Assembly: GCA_964057225.1 (NCBI GenBank)
Contig: OZ059900.1
Coordinates: forward strand, 9,300,001 to 9,364,000
DNA length: 64,000 nucleotides
DNA from: Auanema rhodensis
Lineage: Eukaryota > Animalia > Nematoda
Direction of reading: 5' to 3'
The notes under the pieces are model-generated. The model did no database searches. It was not told the DNA's origin and worked only from the letters and a program-made list of their open reading frames with translations. Made by a program: the position numbers and the translations under genes. Below, piece after piece: positions 1 to 13,700 of the stretch. How positions within the stretch are numbered: position 1 is the stretch's first letter; the number at the start of each line of letters is the position of its first letter.

Positions 1-425
1 TTTTTGGCAAGTAATTTATATTTTCGTCAATGTTTTAAGTGGCAATAAAATTTTTACGCTATCTAGTGATAGCAATTTACATTTATCTTCATTGTTTCTC
101 ATAAATTTTCGGACTTACCGTAGAATAACATTAATTATGTTTTAAAGCTTTTTAACTTTTTTTTTCTTTTCGGGACTTCCAAGAGAAGCTAAGTTTTAAG
201 TTATTGTTGTAAGATGAAATTGTCATTGATACTTTTCAGCTGTTTCGTGAGTGTTTTTAATAAAACTTTTGTCGGTTATTACACAGGTTCAAAACTAAAC
301 CAAATGACATTCATCTAGTAAGTTTTTCTTTCACATTCTATCTTTTTGTTTTATTTATCATTTTCTTGTTTTTAACATGTTTGTTACAATGCTTGTTATT
401 AACTAAGTAAAAAAAATAAACTTAC

Positions 426-553
426 GGGCTATGAACTGACATTCCGGTACTGTAGAACAGTAGGTAAATGGACAGACACGCTGTGCAACTTCTCCTAATT
501 GAGCTCCAGCCCAACATAATGACTTATCAAAGCTCACTCGACATCCAGAGCCA
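426..553 (-). CDS. seb-3: Internal exon of a class B (secretin-family) GPCR, hormone-binding ectodomain; seb-3-like
   Basis: Bounded by TTTTAG acceptor and GTAAG donor. Translates GSGCRVSFDKSLCWAGAQLGEVAQRVCPFTYCSTVPECQFIA, with the class B C-x3-FD-x2-LCW...CP pattern. FDKSLCW and CPFT(Y/F)C match my recollection of C. elegans SEB-3. The rest of the gene runs off the window start. Confidence 0.75.
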
Positions 554-621
554 CTAAAAATAAAACTTCAACTGCTTTTTTTCAATCCCTAAGTAATGTC
601 ACATAATTAGCTCTACTCTTC

Positions 622-692
622 TCTCTAGCTATCAAGACTATTATTTTGATTTCTTCATCTTCTCTAGCTATCAAGACTATTATCTCAATTTC
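622..692. repeat. Short tandem duplication, 39-bp period
   Basis: tctctagctatcaagactattat occurs at 622 and 661. Confidence 0.85.
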
Positions 693-789
693 AGTTTACA
701 AGTATACCATGTATTTAAGTTGAAAAGTAACGAGATGACTACACAAATTGATTTATGATTGCTTGGTCGAGAAAACGGCACTAAGCGTA

Positions 790-1831
790 TGTGATGTTCT
801 GAAGGCCGCCGACTATTATCGTTGTTAAGCGGTCTCTAGAGCGCTGACATGTATTTTCTCGTGGGAATGTTTGCAGATATTTGGCACAGAATACCCGAAC
901 ACATGTAAAGAAGCTTTATGGGCATGGCTGTAGCTAAGTTTGGGTTATATCCACATGAATAGTCAAAGTCAATGCATGTAGGAGGCGAAGAATAGTCAAC
1001 TTGAACTGCCAACAGATTTTTGAGCACTTAGAAAGATATCCAATTGTTTGCACAATGCCATCCTCTATTTTTTTAGCCAAAAAGAACAAAAAGATGAATA
1101 TATTTCTAAATATACTAATGATTTCCTGAAAAACAAAAGAAAATAAGAAGCGCTAAACAGGACAACGTTAAGTGTAAACGAAATTCGGGATTGGAGTGTT
1201 AAAAATAAACTCAACCTCCGATATCTTATGTCAGTCAAAAAAAAGATAAGATCATTTATCTTCGTTTTTCAGATTTTTTGTTCATTTCTATTGAAGTCCC
1301 AGGGGGGCATTTCTTTTAGATTCCACTTCTCAGATTTTAGCTTCCTGACCAGTGGCCCCCAGTTGAATAGAAATAACTCAATTTGAAAATTGACTTTTTA
1401 CTTAGTTCAAAAAAAAAGATATATGAATAAAGATGACTGAGCAACTTATAACAGCTTCGTTCATCCGCTCAGTAACTTCATCACTCTTTGAACATTTTGT
1501 TTTTTTTTCAGACCCAAAGCATTTAGACTTATGAATAAGGAAGTATTCAGTAATGCATGATTGAATCCGTAATCACATTCAACATCTCTCATCTCTTCAT
1601 TCCATTTATCGTTTATACTAATCAGCAATTCATCATAATTAGCATAATATTCATATAACAGGGTGTGAAAATCAAACCTGGTTGATTTATTGAGCCGTAG
1701 TTCTTCTTGTAACTTCCAGCATGTTTCATATTCGGATTTGACAACCGACATATCGTAGCAGACTCCAGAAGAGCTGACTTCGTGTCTGGCTGACTCAGCA
1801 GCAGATTAACGTGGTATTGTAAACGGCTGGC
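790..1831 (-). pseudogene. Possible decayed protein-coding sequence inside the GPCR intron
   Basis: Locally higher GC; protein-like 96-aa ORF (1461-1751) flanked by in-frame stops; acceptors at about 1832 and 1126. No family recognised. Confidence 0.3.
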
Positions 1832-4800
1832 CTACAATGAAATCTTTAAATCATTATTCTTGCATAGTTTTCAAACAATAGAAGTACGACATCAATGACA
1901 ACTGAATCAAGACAAGAATAAGAAAAGGTGTAGTGCAATCCAGAGCAACTCTAAATCAAATTGCTGGAAGAATGCAGAATATTTTGCAAAGCACATTCAT
2001 AAAAAGATATACATAGTTATAAATAGTATGAATGTTTTGAAAATGAAAATATAGAACATGCTTTTGAAGAGTGTTCACGATGCTATAACTGAAGAATGGA
2101 ATAATTAGGCTCAGCTGTTAATCATTCTATAAGAGCATATGATATCATTAGAAAAGAAGGCTAATCAATTGAATGAAAACCTAAAGAAACAAATCGGGGT
2201 AGAGCTGGAACGAAGAAGAGAATATGGAAAGAAATGACTGAAAGGCTAAGGAATGAAGTAAAGAAAACTGAGAAGATAATATAAGACAAAAATGCTTGAA
2301 AATTTGAAAAAAGAAAAAAAAGAGAACGAATAATATATTAGAATTAGATGAAAGTACTAAAATAAGAAATTAAAACGGGTCGAGACAAATGAAGACCATG
2401 ATTGAGAAAGAGAAAATAATAAGCTTTATACACACTAATTATAATATGTGAACATGGAGCAGGAAGTGTGTATATATATAAGTATCTATATATGTGTGAA
2501 GAATGAAGAGAAAGGATGATGCGAACAAGTCAGGGAATGAATCGGAAGGAGATGTGGCAAAGACAGAAATGACACTGCAAGAGACGGCTCGAACTATGAA
2601 TCAACACATCATATAACAAGTAAGGACACGAATGATGTTGAGAGAATATAGATATCGAAAGCTTTTCTTCCTTTTCTCTAACAACAATGAAAAAGATATG
2701 GATGTCTGAAAATGGTGCTGAAATGCTGGGTTGAAAGCAGTGCAAGTGAGTGAGTGATTGAGAGACAAAAGCTGAGCCTGTTAACATAGATAGATAATTT
2801 TGCAAAATAATGATTGAATGAGAAAAAAGTCTTTTCTATAAAGCCGTGAATGCGTGAGATGAGTAGAGAGCAAAACTATAACAGAGTATTGGTCAACTAG
2901 CTCACATTATTTCAAGTTGTGTGTCATAACTGGCTTTAACTAGTTGCTTTAGAAAATGTATGGATGATAGACAGCTGCAGAAAAGTGCCCAGTTCAAAAT
3001 AATGGTCTGAAAACATAAATTGTAGGCGGGACCAAGAGTTGGCCAAGAACAGAGAATAACCGATAGATGAAGGAAATGAAAGATGAGTGAAAAATGTATA
3101 AAAAAAGAAGAGGATCTTAGAAATATTACGATTTGCCTAGAGGGGTAGAAAAAACGAAAAGAGAGGAAGAGAGAGAATGGGGTAAAAGAGAGGGTAAACG
3201 AACGTTCTGAGCTTATTGTGAGGCATTGGTTAGAAAAAGGGAAAGAACGCGAAGAAGAATGAGCGTGTTTGATCTCCCACAAAGAGTGAATGAACTTCAC
3301 ATGAACTTCTATCCATCAAATCGTGTTTGAGATCTACATTTAGTTTTACAAGTTCTATTTCATTGATTTAACATAAAAAATTAAGTAAAAGGGCAGGTAA
3401 GTGAAATATCAGAAAAGCTATTAAACGTAATGGTAAGACTATTCAACATAATGGGAAACATTTAGGGAGAACAAGACAAAAGAAGAAGAAAATTCTCTAA
3501 ACCAGGGGAATTATAAAAATTGAAAATGACGTGATGGACTGGGGGAAAGATCAGAATTGAGAAAATGAAGAGGCTGGTAGAGCAGAAGGCTATTTAAGCC
3601 ATTGCAAGAAGGATAGAGAGAAAGCGTACACTTATAAGCATCTGATGGAATGTACATTTGAAGAAGGAATGTTGACATCACATCAGAAGTTGGGTTGACT
3701 TCACAAAGTAGCTAACATTGTTCATTTTCATTATTTGTGTGCGGTTTGTGGAATAAGCATATGCTTGTAAATAAGCAAGAACTTGTAAATGGATTATAGG
3801 CGTTTAGCCCACCTAGCTGCATAGTATAAAGAAAACTAAACAATTGCTCTTTGCAAGTTTGCACTAAACTTATCCGACAACGTTGTTCATGCACTGTTAT
3901 GACTTCATTTCCAGGGGAAGAAATGCTCTCTTATGAGCTGAAATTGTTAAGCAAAGACGACAGACGAACCCCAAGATGACCGCAGTGTATGCGAATGGTG
4001 TAGTATAACATGTCAGTAAAGAAAAGATTTGAACAATGTGAGAGATGCGAAACACAATTTGAAATAGAATCAAAGAAAAGCTATAATTACCTAGAGAAAT
4101 GAGATTATAATGCGAATAAAGATATATAAGTATAATCTTAAAGCTATGTGATGTATACAGAGAAATAAACGCATATGAGAAGAAAAGTGTAAAGAAAAAT
4201 GAAGCAGAAAAATACAAAAGACAAATGGAATAGATGAGTGAGCAGAGTAAGGTAAGAAAAAGTGAACAGATAATTGTGTGAGAGTATTAAGTCATTTCAG
4301 GCAAGCTGATGCATGAAGTCTTTCTAGTGCAGTCACTTGGCACAGCTTTAGAAACAATAAAATGCTAAGTAGACAATTGTTCAGTTCTTTTCGAATTACT
4401 AAAGAAAGATTGAGCGACTGAGAAAAGGAGAAAGTGAAAAAGACAAAAAGGTGATGAAAAGAGTTGAAGAAATAGAGCAATAAATAGAATACTGACAGAA
4501 TGAGCGGTGTGGGAAGTGAAAAACAGATAATAATGAACAGAGACTGGCTAGAATTTGAGTCTTGTACGTCAACTAATACCAATTTGCCAAACTGAACGAC
4601 AAAATCGTACATCATATTCGTATTGCTTCTCGATTAACAAGAGCAATGCGGCTGTGATATGCTCAAATGTCAATGATGAGGAAAACACGTCCAGGAAATT
4701 TCTTTCAGCTTTTTTTTTTCGTTTTTTTTTCATTTCACTCATAAGATTTCTGAAAAATGAGCCATTTGTTAAATGAGTTCGAATAAAGAAAACTGCAATA

Positions 4801-7800
4801 ATTATCGGAAATTTAATTTTTAATTTTTTTTTAAAAATTGGATGGAAATATGAAATTATAATCAAAAACCAATAAATTGTTGAGATCAAAACAAATTGAG
4901 TTGAAACAAAATTGAGAGAACCATTGAATTAAAAGAGGGATGAAATTGGTTCAGAAAAATTGTGCAATTAGTATGTATGCGAGAAAAGCGACAAAAATCT
5001 GTTCTTCAGCACGTATATAGACAGAAATTATGAAAAATACACAGAATTTTAAAGGAAAAAGCTGTGAAAACATCCTAGAGACATGGGAGAAATAAGGACA
5101 ATTGAGTGAAGAGGTAAAAAGAAAGTAAGGAATGGCATAGCGTGAAAAGACATGTCTACTCTGTGGTGATATAGGAGAAAATATAGATGTATGAGATATA
5201 GCAGATGTACACATACTTAGTGAGAACCACGAAATTAGACAAAATCCAAGAAGATCATATGGAATGAGAAGCGACAAGTGTGGTGTGTATATCAAAAGAT
5301 AGAGGAAGTGAGAGGAGAAGAGAAAGATCAGAATTAAACGAACACCGGGTTAGATACAGCAGTTGCACACATTGGACAGTGGATTATTTCGTCTGAGCTG
5401 TTAGTCTTTCAAGAGCTATTATTCATGTCTCGTCCAGTTTCTTAGACAAATGAGAGCGATGAGGAGATGAAATGATTCCCCCCTATTTCCTATGCGCTCT
5501 AAAGAGTTTTAGAGAAATTCGAATGAATTTTTCGAAATATATATAATTATGTATAAAAGTACTATAATTAATTATTAGATTATTCTAGACTATATATATA
5601 TTTCTACACATACATACATGGATATACATAATTATTCTAAAAAATTTAAGAATATTTAGATGAAAAGTATCAAAAATCTATGAAACAGTGATCAAAAATG
5701 ATTTTTGAAATCTAAAAAGAATTGTCAAATTTAAAGCATTATAGAACAAAATATGCAAATTATATACTTACTTATAAATAATCTCATAAATGGTATCTTC
5801 TTCTAAAATTAATATTATAGTAATATATGAAAATTGAGCATAATTATTATAATTATAACATTTCTTAGATCAAGAATGTTCAAATTTAGTATCAAAAGAA
5901 GGTGAAATATGGAACAACTATACAATCAAACATACATATAGGAAAAATTATTATATTTAGATTAATTATATATATATTTTATATATTATAAAATATATAT
6001 ATATACTATATATACTATATATAGGCATGTGTATGTATGTATGTGTAAATATTCATATATATACATAATTATTTACAAGCATGTGCTATAGTATAAGAAA
6101 AAATACTTGAGACTACTAATCTGTTGAACAATTTCCGCCCGGAAAGGTAAAAAAAATGAAGAGGATGTGGAAGGTTTGAGCAAGAAAAATAACAAATATT
6201 TTAGGTGCTATGGAAATGAACAGCGACAACGATAGACGGTGAAATGGAACAAGAAAAAGACGCTATTTGCAACTTGTAAATATGAAAAGTAAAACAGAGT
6301 AAGAGAGAGAAATAGAAAAAGAGAGAATATGTTGCTCAGATCGCAAGTGTGAGAAACATTTGCATAAGATGGAATAACGCCGATTTCATGAACAAGTAAA
6401 ATATATGTGTGCTCTCCATGGAGAAAAACGCTGGCTCAACCATGAAATATGCGTTCATCTTAAATATAAATTGGTTCAAACAGCATCGATACAAGAATCA
6501 GAATATATATTCTGAAGCCGAGCAACGGGGAGAGAAAGCAAGCTTAGAGAAAAACTTAAAGTTTTAGAAAAAGGCCAATAGAATTCATAAATATATTGAT
6601 GGAGAAGAACAAAGTATATCTGAATATTTCCGAAATTTGGATATAAAAATAAGGAAATGAATATGAGACCAGTTGAAAATATATGAGCAACAGTATAAAC
6701 AATGCTCAAGAAAACATGAATAAATCTATTGAATTTACAGACAAAAGACATAAAGAGATAGTAAGCATTGTAGAAAACGAAACATATACACATAGAAGGC
6801 TGAAATTTCTGGTATTCTTACAGCAATGAAATATGGAAACAATAGCAAACATATATTTATGTTTTTTTTCTATTTCAAATATAAATTTTGAAGAATAAAA
6901 GAATTCTATCAAACAATTGTTATTTTGAAAAGATCAAAAAAAAATATATATATACTATATGAGCTTAGATCTCTCTAGATCATCAGTCATATTCATACTT
7001 ATTCGTAATGCATCATCAACATTTTTTACTTCCGCTCTCTTCAATCAAACTAACGCTTACTTCTGGAAATGGTAGGTCAGAAAATACATAAATGATAGTA
7101 TAATCATATGTAACCTATACTTAAATCTTTCTACATTTCGTATTTAATTAAAATCACAAACTAAACGAATTCTTTTTTGAAAAAAAAAAAACATTTTTCT
7201 TGTTCTAAATATGCATGGCCAATTTTATGATTTTTGAGCTAATCATATGATATAGTGTTCTTTTCAATACAAATTATGCGATAAATATGTATATATATAA
7301 GATATGTATATAAGAAAAGTAATCTTCGAAAATTACTATATACTAATACTGAAAATTGTATGCATTATATAATAATAGATGTTTAGTAAAATCTAATAAT
7401 TTCTCAAACATTAATATCAGACAGATATATATAATTTTTTTTCTGATCGCATTAATATTATATACTTTAATAACAAAATTACAATTGCATGTTTGAAGAA
7501 TATACAGAAACTTATTATCAGCTTATTAGTATTGTGATGAAAAAAAAGGAAAATTCAGCACTGCATACTAATCAAAATGAGATAAATATTTTGGAACATC
7601 AGAATCTATTTTAATTGGCTATTATTGGAAAAGGAAGAGGGAGCGGTTGAAAAAGAATGATAGAGCAGAAAGCGTGCAAAACATATAACAATGAGATAAC
7701 TAGGTCTGGGCTAACGCAAAAATGAAACGCAAATTTTCATAAATGGCAACAAATCGTTAATTAATTATATTCATAAGTTATACAGACTAATGTTGTATAA

Positions 7801-9349
7801 TAATTCAATATAAATATAAAAATAAGTAGCTAATATTTTGAGAAATATCAAAAATTCACATTCATATAATATTTACAAAGAACAGAAAATGAAAAATGTT
7901 GTAAAGGGAAGTATAAGAACCAAAAATTGTACACTAAAGTACTCAAACCTATGACGTATATATATATTAAAATCTTAAAAGTAGGAAGAAGAACAAGAAC
8001 AAGAGGAAGTAACTATAAGCTATAGATTTATGAAATGGAAGTAAAAACTTTGTTGCAAAAATATATAACTTCATCAAAGTTCTACTGATCAGTGCTTATT
8101 GACATACAAACTTACACATGTGCACACATACACATACTTACATTCACTTGCACCCACACACACATACATGAGAGACATCTCTTCTACTGAAGGCTTAGCT
8201 GCTGAATTGCATTTTCATGTTTTTCCTTTACGGAATAATTCTATGCTCAACAACATCAATCACTTAATCTGACAACATGTGTCCAATAGTTTATACATCT
8301 ATCTGTGTAGATATACACATATATGCATGTAAATATGCAAAAAAAAGATAATTTTTATAAAAATTGAAATCAGAAAATAGCTTTGGAAATAGGAAAAAAT
8401 ACCCAACACTATCCAATAGATACGAATTGAGAGACGAATTCAGTTCTCATAACTTAGTTCCTGATTATTAAAAAAAATGATAAATAATCATAATATCGAA
8501 TATGAGCAAATTATTGCTGAATTGCTGTTGCAAATTTTTGGTTGACTGGCAAACGATTGTGATTGAATCACTCTGGTCTTGTTATCTGTCATTACTCCAC
8601 GTGCATATCTCGAGAAGACAGCATATGAATGGCCAACTGTCCTTAGAGCGAATCGAATTAAAAGATATTGAATGTAAGAAATATCAATGATGACTAAGAT
8701 TAAGAGATGGGCATCTATTTAACAAGATTGAACAGAAAAAAGAAATATATTTTACAACAGATTAATGATCAATGAAATTTGAAACAAAAATGAGCTTAGA
8801 AGTAAGGGAAATCCTTCAAAGTGTGACTATGGTTGAGTGAGCATGAATAGATACATCAGAGCAACCGAGAACAATAACTCAAGAAAATGTTAGAAATATT
8901 ACTTTTCTAATCAAACATAGTTTTAAAACGTTTTGAGTTGTTGGAAAAAGTATTGTTTTGAGCCAAATAATAAATTCAAAAAAAGAATAAGGCAAATCAG
9001 ATCAAACTACATTTGACTTTGATCACTTTCAAATAGTCTCATAAAGAATATGAATAATGTCAGCTTGATTCATTTACAAAAAGATTAAAGAATGTGCTTT
9101 AAATACTGCAAAGATAACGAGCAATCTGGATAATGTGGCAGATATGTCATCAGCAGAATTATGAAACTAAGTAATACTGCTGCCTGAAGCACTTCTAGAA
9201 ATAAGTTTAAATTTCAAAAGAACTTATGCCGTCCAGATCGTTCTATACTCATTGAAATATAGAAAAAATGTAATTTTGTTCAAAATTAATTGGTTCTGAT
9301 AAATCTTGAGGGATTGAAAGTTTATGATCAGGATACATTAATGTTTCAC

Positions 9350-9421
9350 GTTCTCTCATTCAATTCTAGTTCCGGCCTTACAGCATCTTTTATATCTTCA
9401 GCGCATTCGTACACTTTAATT
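9350..9421 (-). CDS. Candidate upstream exon of the seb-3-like gene
   Basis: TTTTGCAG acceptor and GTGAAA donor. Reads IKVYECAEDIKDAVRPELELNERT; its phase-2 end joins exon 426-553 in frame and would supply the first ectodomain Cys. Weak donor and an 8.8-kb intron are required. Confidence 0.3.
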
Positions 9422-10660
9422 CTGCAAAACGTTTTGCTTATATAAAATTTTGGAATTATACATGGTCAGCTATAACATGAATAAAAAAAAGTTTAAACAT
9501 AAGCTTATATCAATTTGTGAACGGCAAAATCAATAAAGCATAGCAAAAATATAATATTAGTCGAACAAAATATATTTTGTCGTCTATCAAATTAAATTAA
9601 TGCAAAATGTAATAAAAGATGAATGTATATAGAACTGTAAAAATCAACAAAAAAATTGATTTATCTTTGATAACTAATATAAGATTTCGCGTTTCAGTTT
9701 TAGCAAGTTTTCAAATGACATTCAGTTCATAGGTATGTACTTTATATTTCTTATGATATTTATTTTTATTTCTCAAAGAAAAAGAAGTTAAGCTAGTCAT
9801 TTTGCTTGTTAGTTTTCGTGTATGACAGTTTGAACATTTTTTTTACTGCATTTTAATAGAGAAAAGATATGACTCCATTTGAAGAAATGATTGCATATTT
9901 TCTACTACTACTATTTCAAACTATTATATTGCAATGTTAACTGTTTGTGGCATAGCGTTGCTCAGAGATTAAAGGGGGTAGTTATGTATGAATATAGTTA
10001 TTTAAAAGCACTTGCTGAGAGGAAAAGCACGAACGTGGCGTTTAAAGAAATTTGTCGCCAGATATACACATAAGCTTTCTATTTTTTATGATATACGTTT
10101 GAATGATATCAATTCATAAGCTTATTTTGATGCTGTATGCTCATCAGAAAAAAAAAAGAAAAGATATATGATTCAAAATGTATACTTGCTCTCAAATACT
10201 CTAATGTTTAGTTGAACTACCACTGTATCCCGAACTGAAAAGCAAAAATGAGAAACAAAAAAGGAAAAAATACGTGGGACGGGTGCATTGGCAGATAGAT
10301 GAAGCGAATGTCAAAAATACTTTTGAGTCTAAGCACATTCAAATATGAACGCCTCAAGAGAAATGATGAATTTGCTTGGATTTGAAATCAGCTGGCATGT
10401 AAGCGAATAAAGAGATTATAGAGACACGTACTTCATCATTCATTTTTTGTCTGTGTGTCCATTTTCTTTAGCCGCATTAGATGCAAAAGTAGGCGAAGAT
10501 CAAAAATTCTAAAAATGCAGTAATCTATTTCTATTTTTTTATAAAACGAGAACTATTTCCTATCAGTATGAAATGGAAAACAAGCTTAGAAATTGAGGTA
10601 GAATTACACAATTTTGAAACAGAAATTCGATAAAAGACATTAATAAAATGAAAAATATAC

Positions 10661-10663
<3 letters not shown>

Positions 10664-10753
<90 letters not shown>
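10664..10753. repeat. (AT)n microsatellite, about 45 units
   Basis: Uninterrupted AT dinucleotide run. Confidence 0.97.
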
Positions 10754-10756
<3 letters not shown>

Positions 10757-13700
10757 AGTATATATATATATACATATATATTTATATAATTGAGTCAGTA
10801 TCATATAAGGTCTTTCCAAATATAATCACCCAGAAAATTGAATCATAGATCGAGAAAAGGAAATGCGATTATTCTCGAGTATTTATAGAAGTATTTATAT
10901 TTATATCATATTTTTAAAAAAAAAATAAAAAATATGTATATATATTTATATATATATATATATAAGCAATAAAATTAACTAGCAAAAAAGAAAGTTGAAA
11001 ACAATATTTTTTTATTCTGGAAAAGAGAAATTTCATAAACATAAACAAGAGGTGGGACTCCAGCTGAAGAAAGCAAAAAGGATGAGTGAAAGAATATGTA
11101 ATAAAGAAGGAAAAAAAGACCAAAAATGTATCAAGACCGAGTGAAAAAACAATAAACGAAACATAAAAGTTGCCATTTGAACTTGAGTACATATTCTTCA
11201 TTTCTATATATATATATATTGATGGAAAAAAATAAAGATTGTGAGATATGATAATACAGTAGGAAGATATAAGGACACCAATTGTCAAATGAAGAATGAG
11301 GAGTATGAGCGAAAATTTCAGGAAAACGACAACAATACTTATCATTGTCAATGAATATGACACAAAAATAGAGGATGAAATGTGAGATATGGAATGTAGT
11401 TGTAACAGAAAAAATTCAAAAACCAAAAAAAGAAAACTTGCATTAGAAGCAAGTGTTGGGGCTGGAGGGAGGAAGAAAAGGGAGTTGGGAGTTGAGAAAG
11501 TCAAAAATAGATACACACAACTGAAGTGTTTGGACAGCGCAACACAACACGGAAAATGTTAATAGTTGAGAATATGAGTAAAAGAGAATGAGACAAAACA
11601 ACAGAACAGAAGACAACTTATCTTTTAGCTAAAAGTTTGTCAGGAAGTATGCATAACCGGAAGGATATGGCAAGTGTGCCATTTTTAGACTTAAAACGCC
11701 GAAAATGAAATATGTTGCAAATGTGAAAGTTCAGATTTCTTTTTACTAGCGCAAAGTTTTGAAAGGAAGGAAATGAAAAGACGGTTGATTCTTTCAAGCA
11801 CACAGCTGCTTGATCAGACAATGAGAAATTGAGGGTGTGCCTTGTATAAGGACAATATCAGGACGCGCATACGTTGCCAAATGTTTCAATTCACAGTGAC
11901 AAAACGAGGGAAGAAGATTCAAGGAAACGGAGAAATGAAAAATAATTCGAAAATCTGTGGTAAGTAATAATAGGAAAAGAAAGTTGTTTGAAACTGGAAA
12001 TGAATGTAATAGGTAGAAGACTAAATGTTTATAAAAGAAATGGAAGTATTAAATATCACGAACACATAATATATATAATAAGTGAAATATAAAGTTATGA
12101 CAGATGGAAAGCACTTTAGTACTCGTAAATATATTTTGCTTATAAGAATCTATTTATGTGAATAATAGAAGTCATTACATTGAATATTTTAAGACTGTTT
12201 GAAACAACTGGCTTGCATTTGTATCATCAACGTCTACTTTGTTGGTCAGTGCATGTGTATAGACATTTGACTGGATAATCAAAGATTAAATTCAATAAAT
12301 GGTGAAATGTGAAAAGCCAAGAATTGAAAGCTTAAATTCGTTTTTTTTCACATTAGAACTTAAATAAACTTATTGGAAATACATGTAGCTAGCTATCTAT
12401 CTCTATTGAAAATACTAATATATACTAAAATAGACATAAATTCTTCAATTTTTTCAAAAGACACTTTTCTCTCATATTTCGTTCAGTGCTTCTTCTTTCC
12501 ATCATCTCGATGTTCTTAGCTGTGAACTACTTCGTATTATAGAGACAGCTAGGATGAATCAGCTGCAGGGTGAACATTTCTTTTGTGATGAGGAAGTGCT
12601 AGCTATTCCCTAGTTTGACCAGGACCAGACAAGCCACCCAACATGGTGGTGCATAAACGAAACTGACAACCAGTTTTCAAACACCAATTGAAAGCGGATA
12701 ACAACGTAATGAACATGAGGAAAATGTGCAGATTATGAAAGAAAGTATGCAAGACGCTTCTTTAAAATGATATGTTTTAGAATAATATCTTAAACATGCA
12801 AATATTGCAGAAAAATATATATTTACGACAGACACATCGCTTATAAATGAATGAATAAAGAGTATATTCACCAGACTGAGTTGATCAGAGAAACCTATGA
12901 GTTAATCCTTTTCATTATGATCCTCATAAAAGAATCAGCAACTAGTCTTTGACTGATATTCTTTTTAAACTCAATATTTTCTCATTTTGTTTTATCAAAA
13001 TTATTTGAACATTGCTCAATTAAGTTTTAGAATAAAGTCTATTTAGCGTTTGTGTATGCTTTTAAACCATTGCATGTAAAAACATAAAAGAAAAAACATA
13101 ATTTTGAACTCAAAGTACAAGTACAATTTCTATTCCCATTTATAATTTTCATTATTTAATTTCCTCAATTAAAAGAAATCTATTTTTTGTTTACTAGTTT
13201 GAAAAAGAAATTATTTTCAACATCATGCTTCAAATAGAAATTCTAACAATTTGCACGATTCCTAATTCCTTAATTGAAAGTACTCGAAAAAAATGAAGAA
13301 ATGATGAAATATCATTATTTGGGGACAAAACAATCAAACTTCAAACTAGATTCAGTTGCTTACAAATTACTATTTTTACTATTTATTCTATATGTGAGCA
13401 GATCAACATCGAAGCAATTACGTTTTGAATGGATCAATTGGCTATTACATATAATTGGCAACGTACTCCATAAATGGTTCAATATCAAGCAATGAAAAAA
13501 TTGATAAAAAGCAATAAGAGTGAAAAATGGGTAAAAGAAAGCTAAATATAGTTACAAAGTATATGACAAGTGGTAAATATAAAGCGCAACAATAAATTTA
13601 AAAAGGATTTTGAAAGAATGCCCCTTCATTTAGTTTCCCGTTTCACTGGTCGTTTCCAAAAAATAACAAAAAAGCTTTTTTCCGACAATATTATAACAGA

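Noticed and set aside
10563-10848. YIYIYI ORFs
   Set aside because: Translations of the (AT)n microsatellite.
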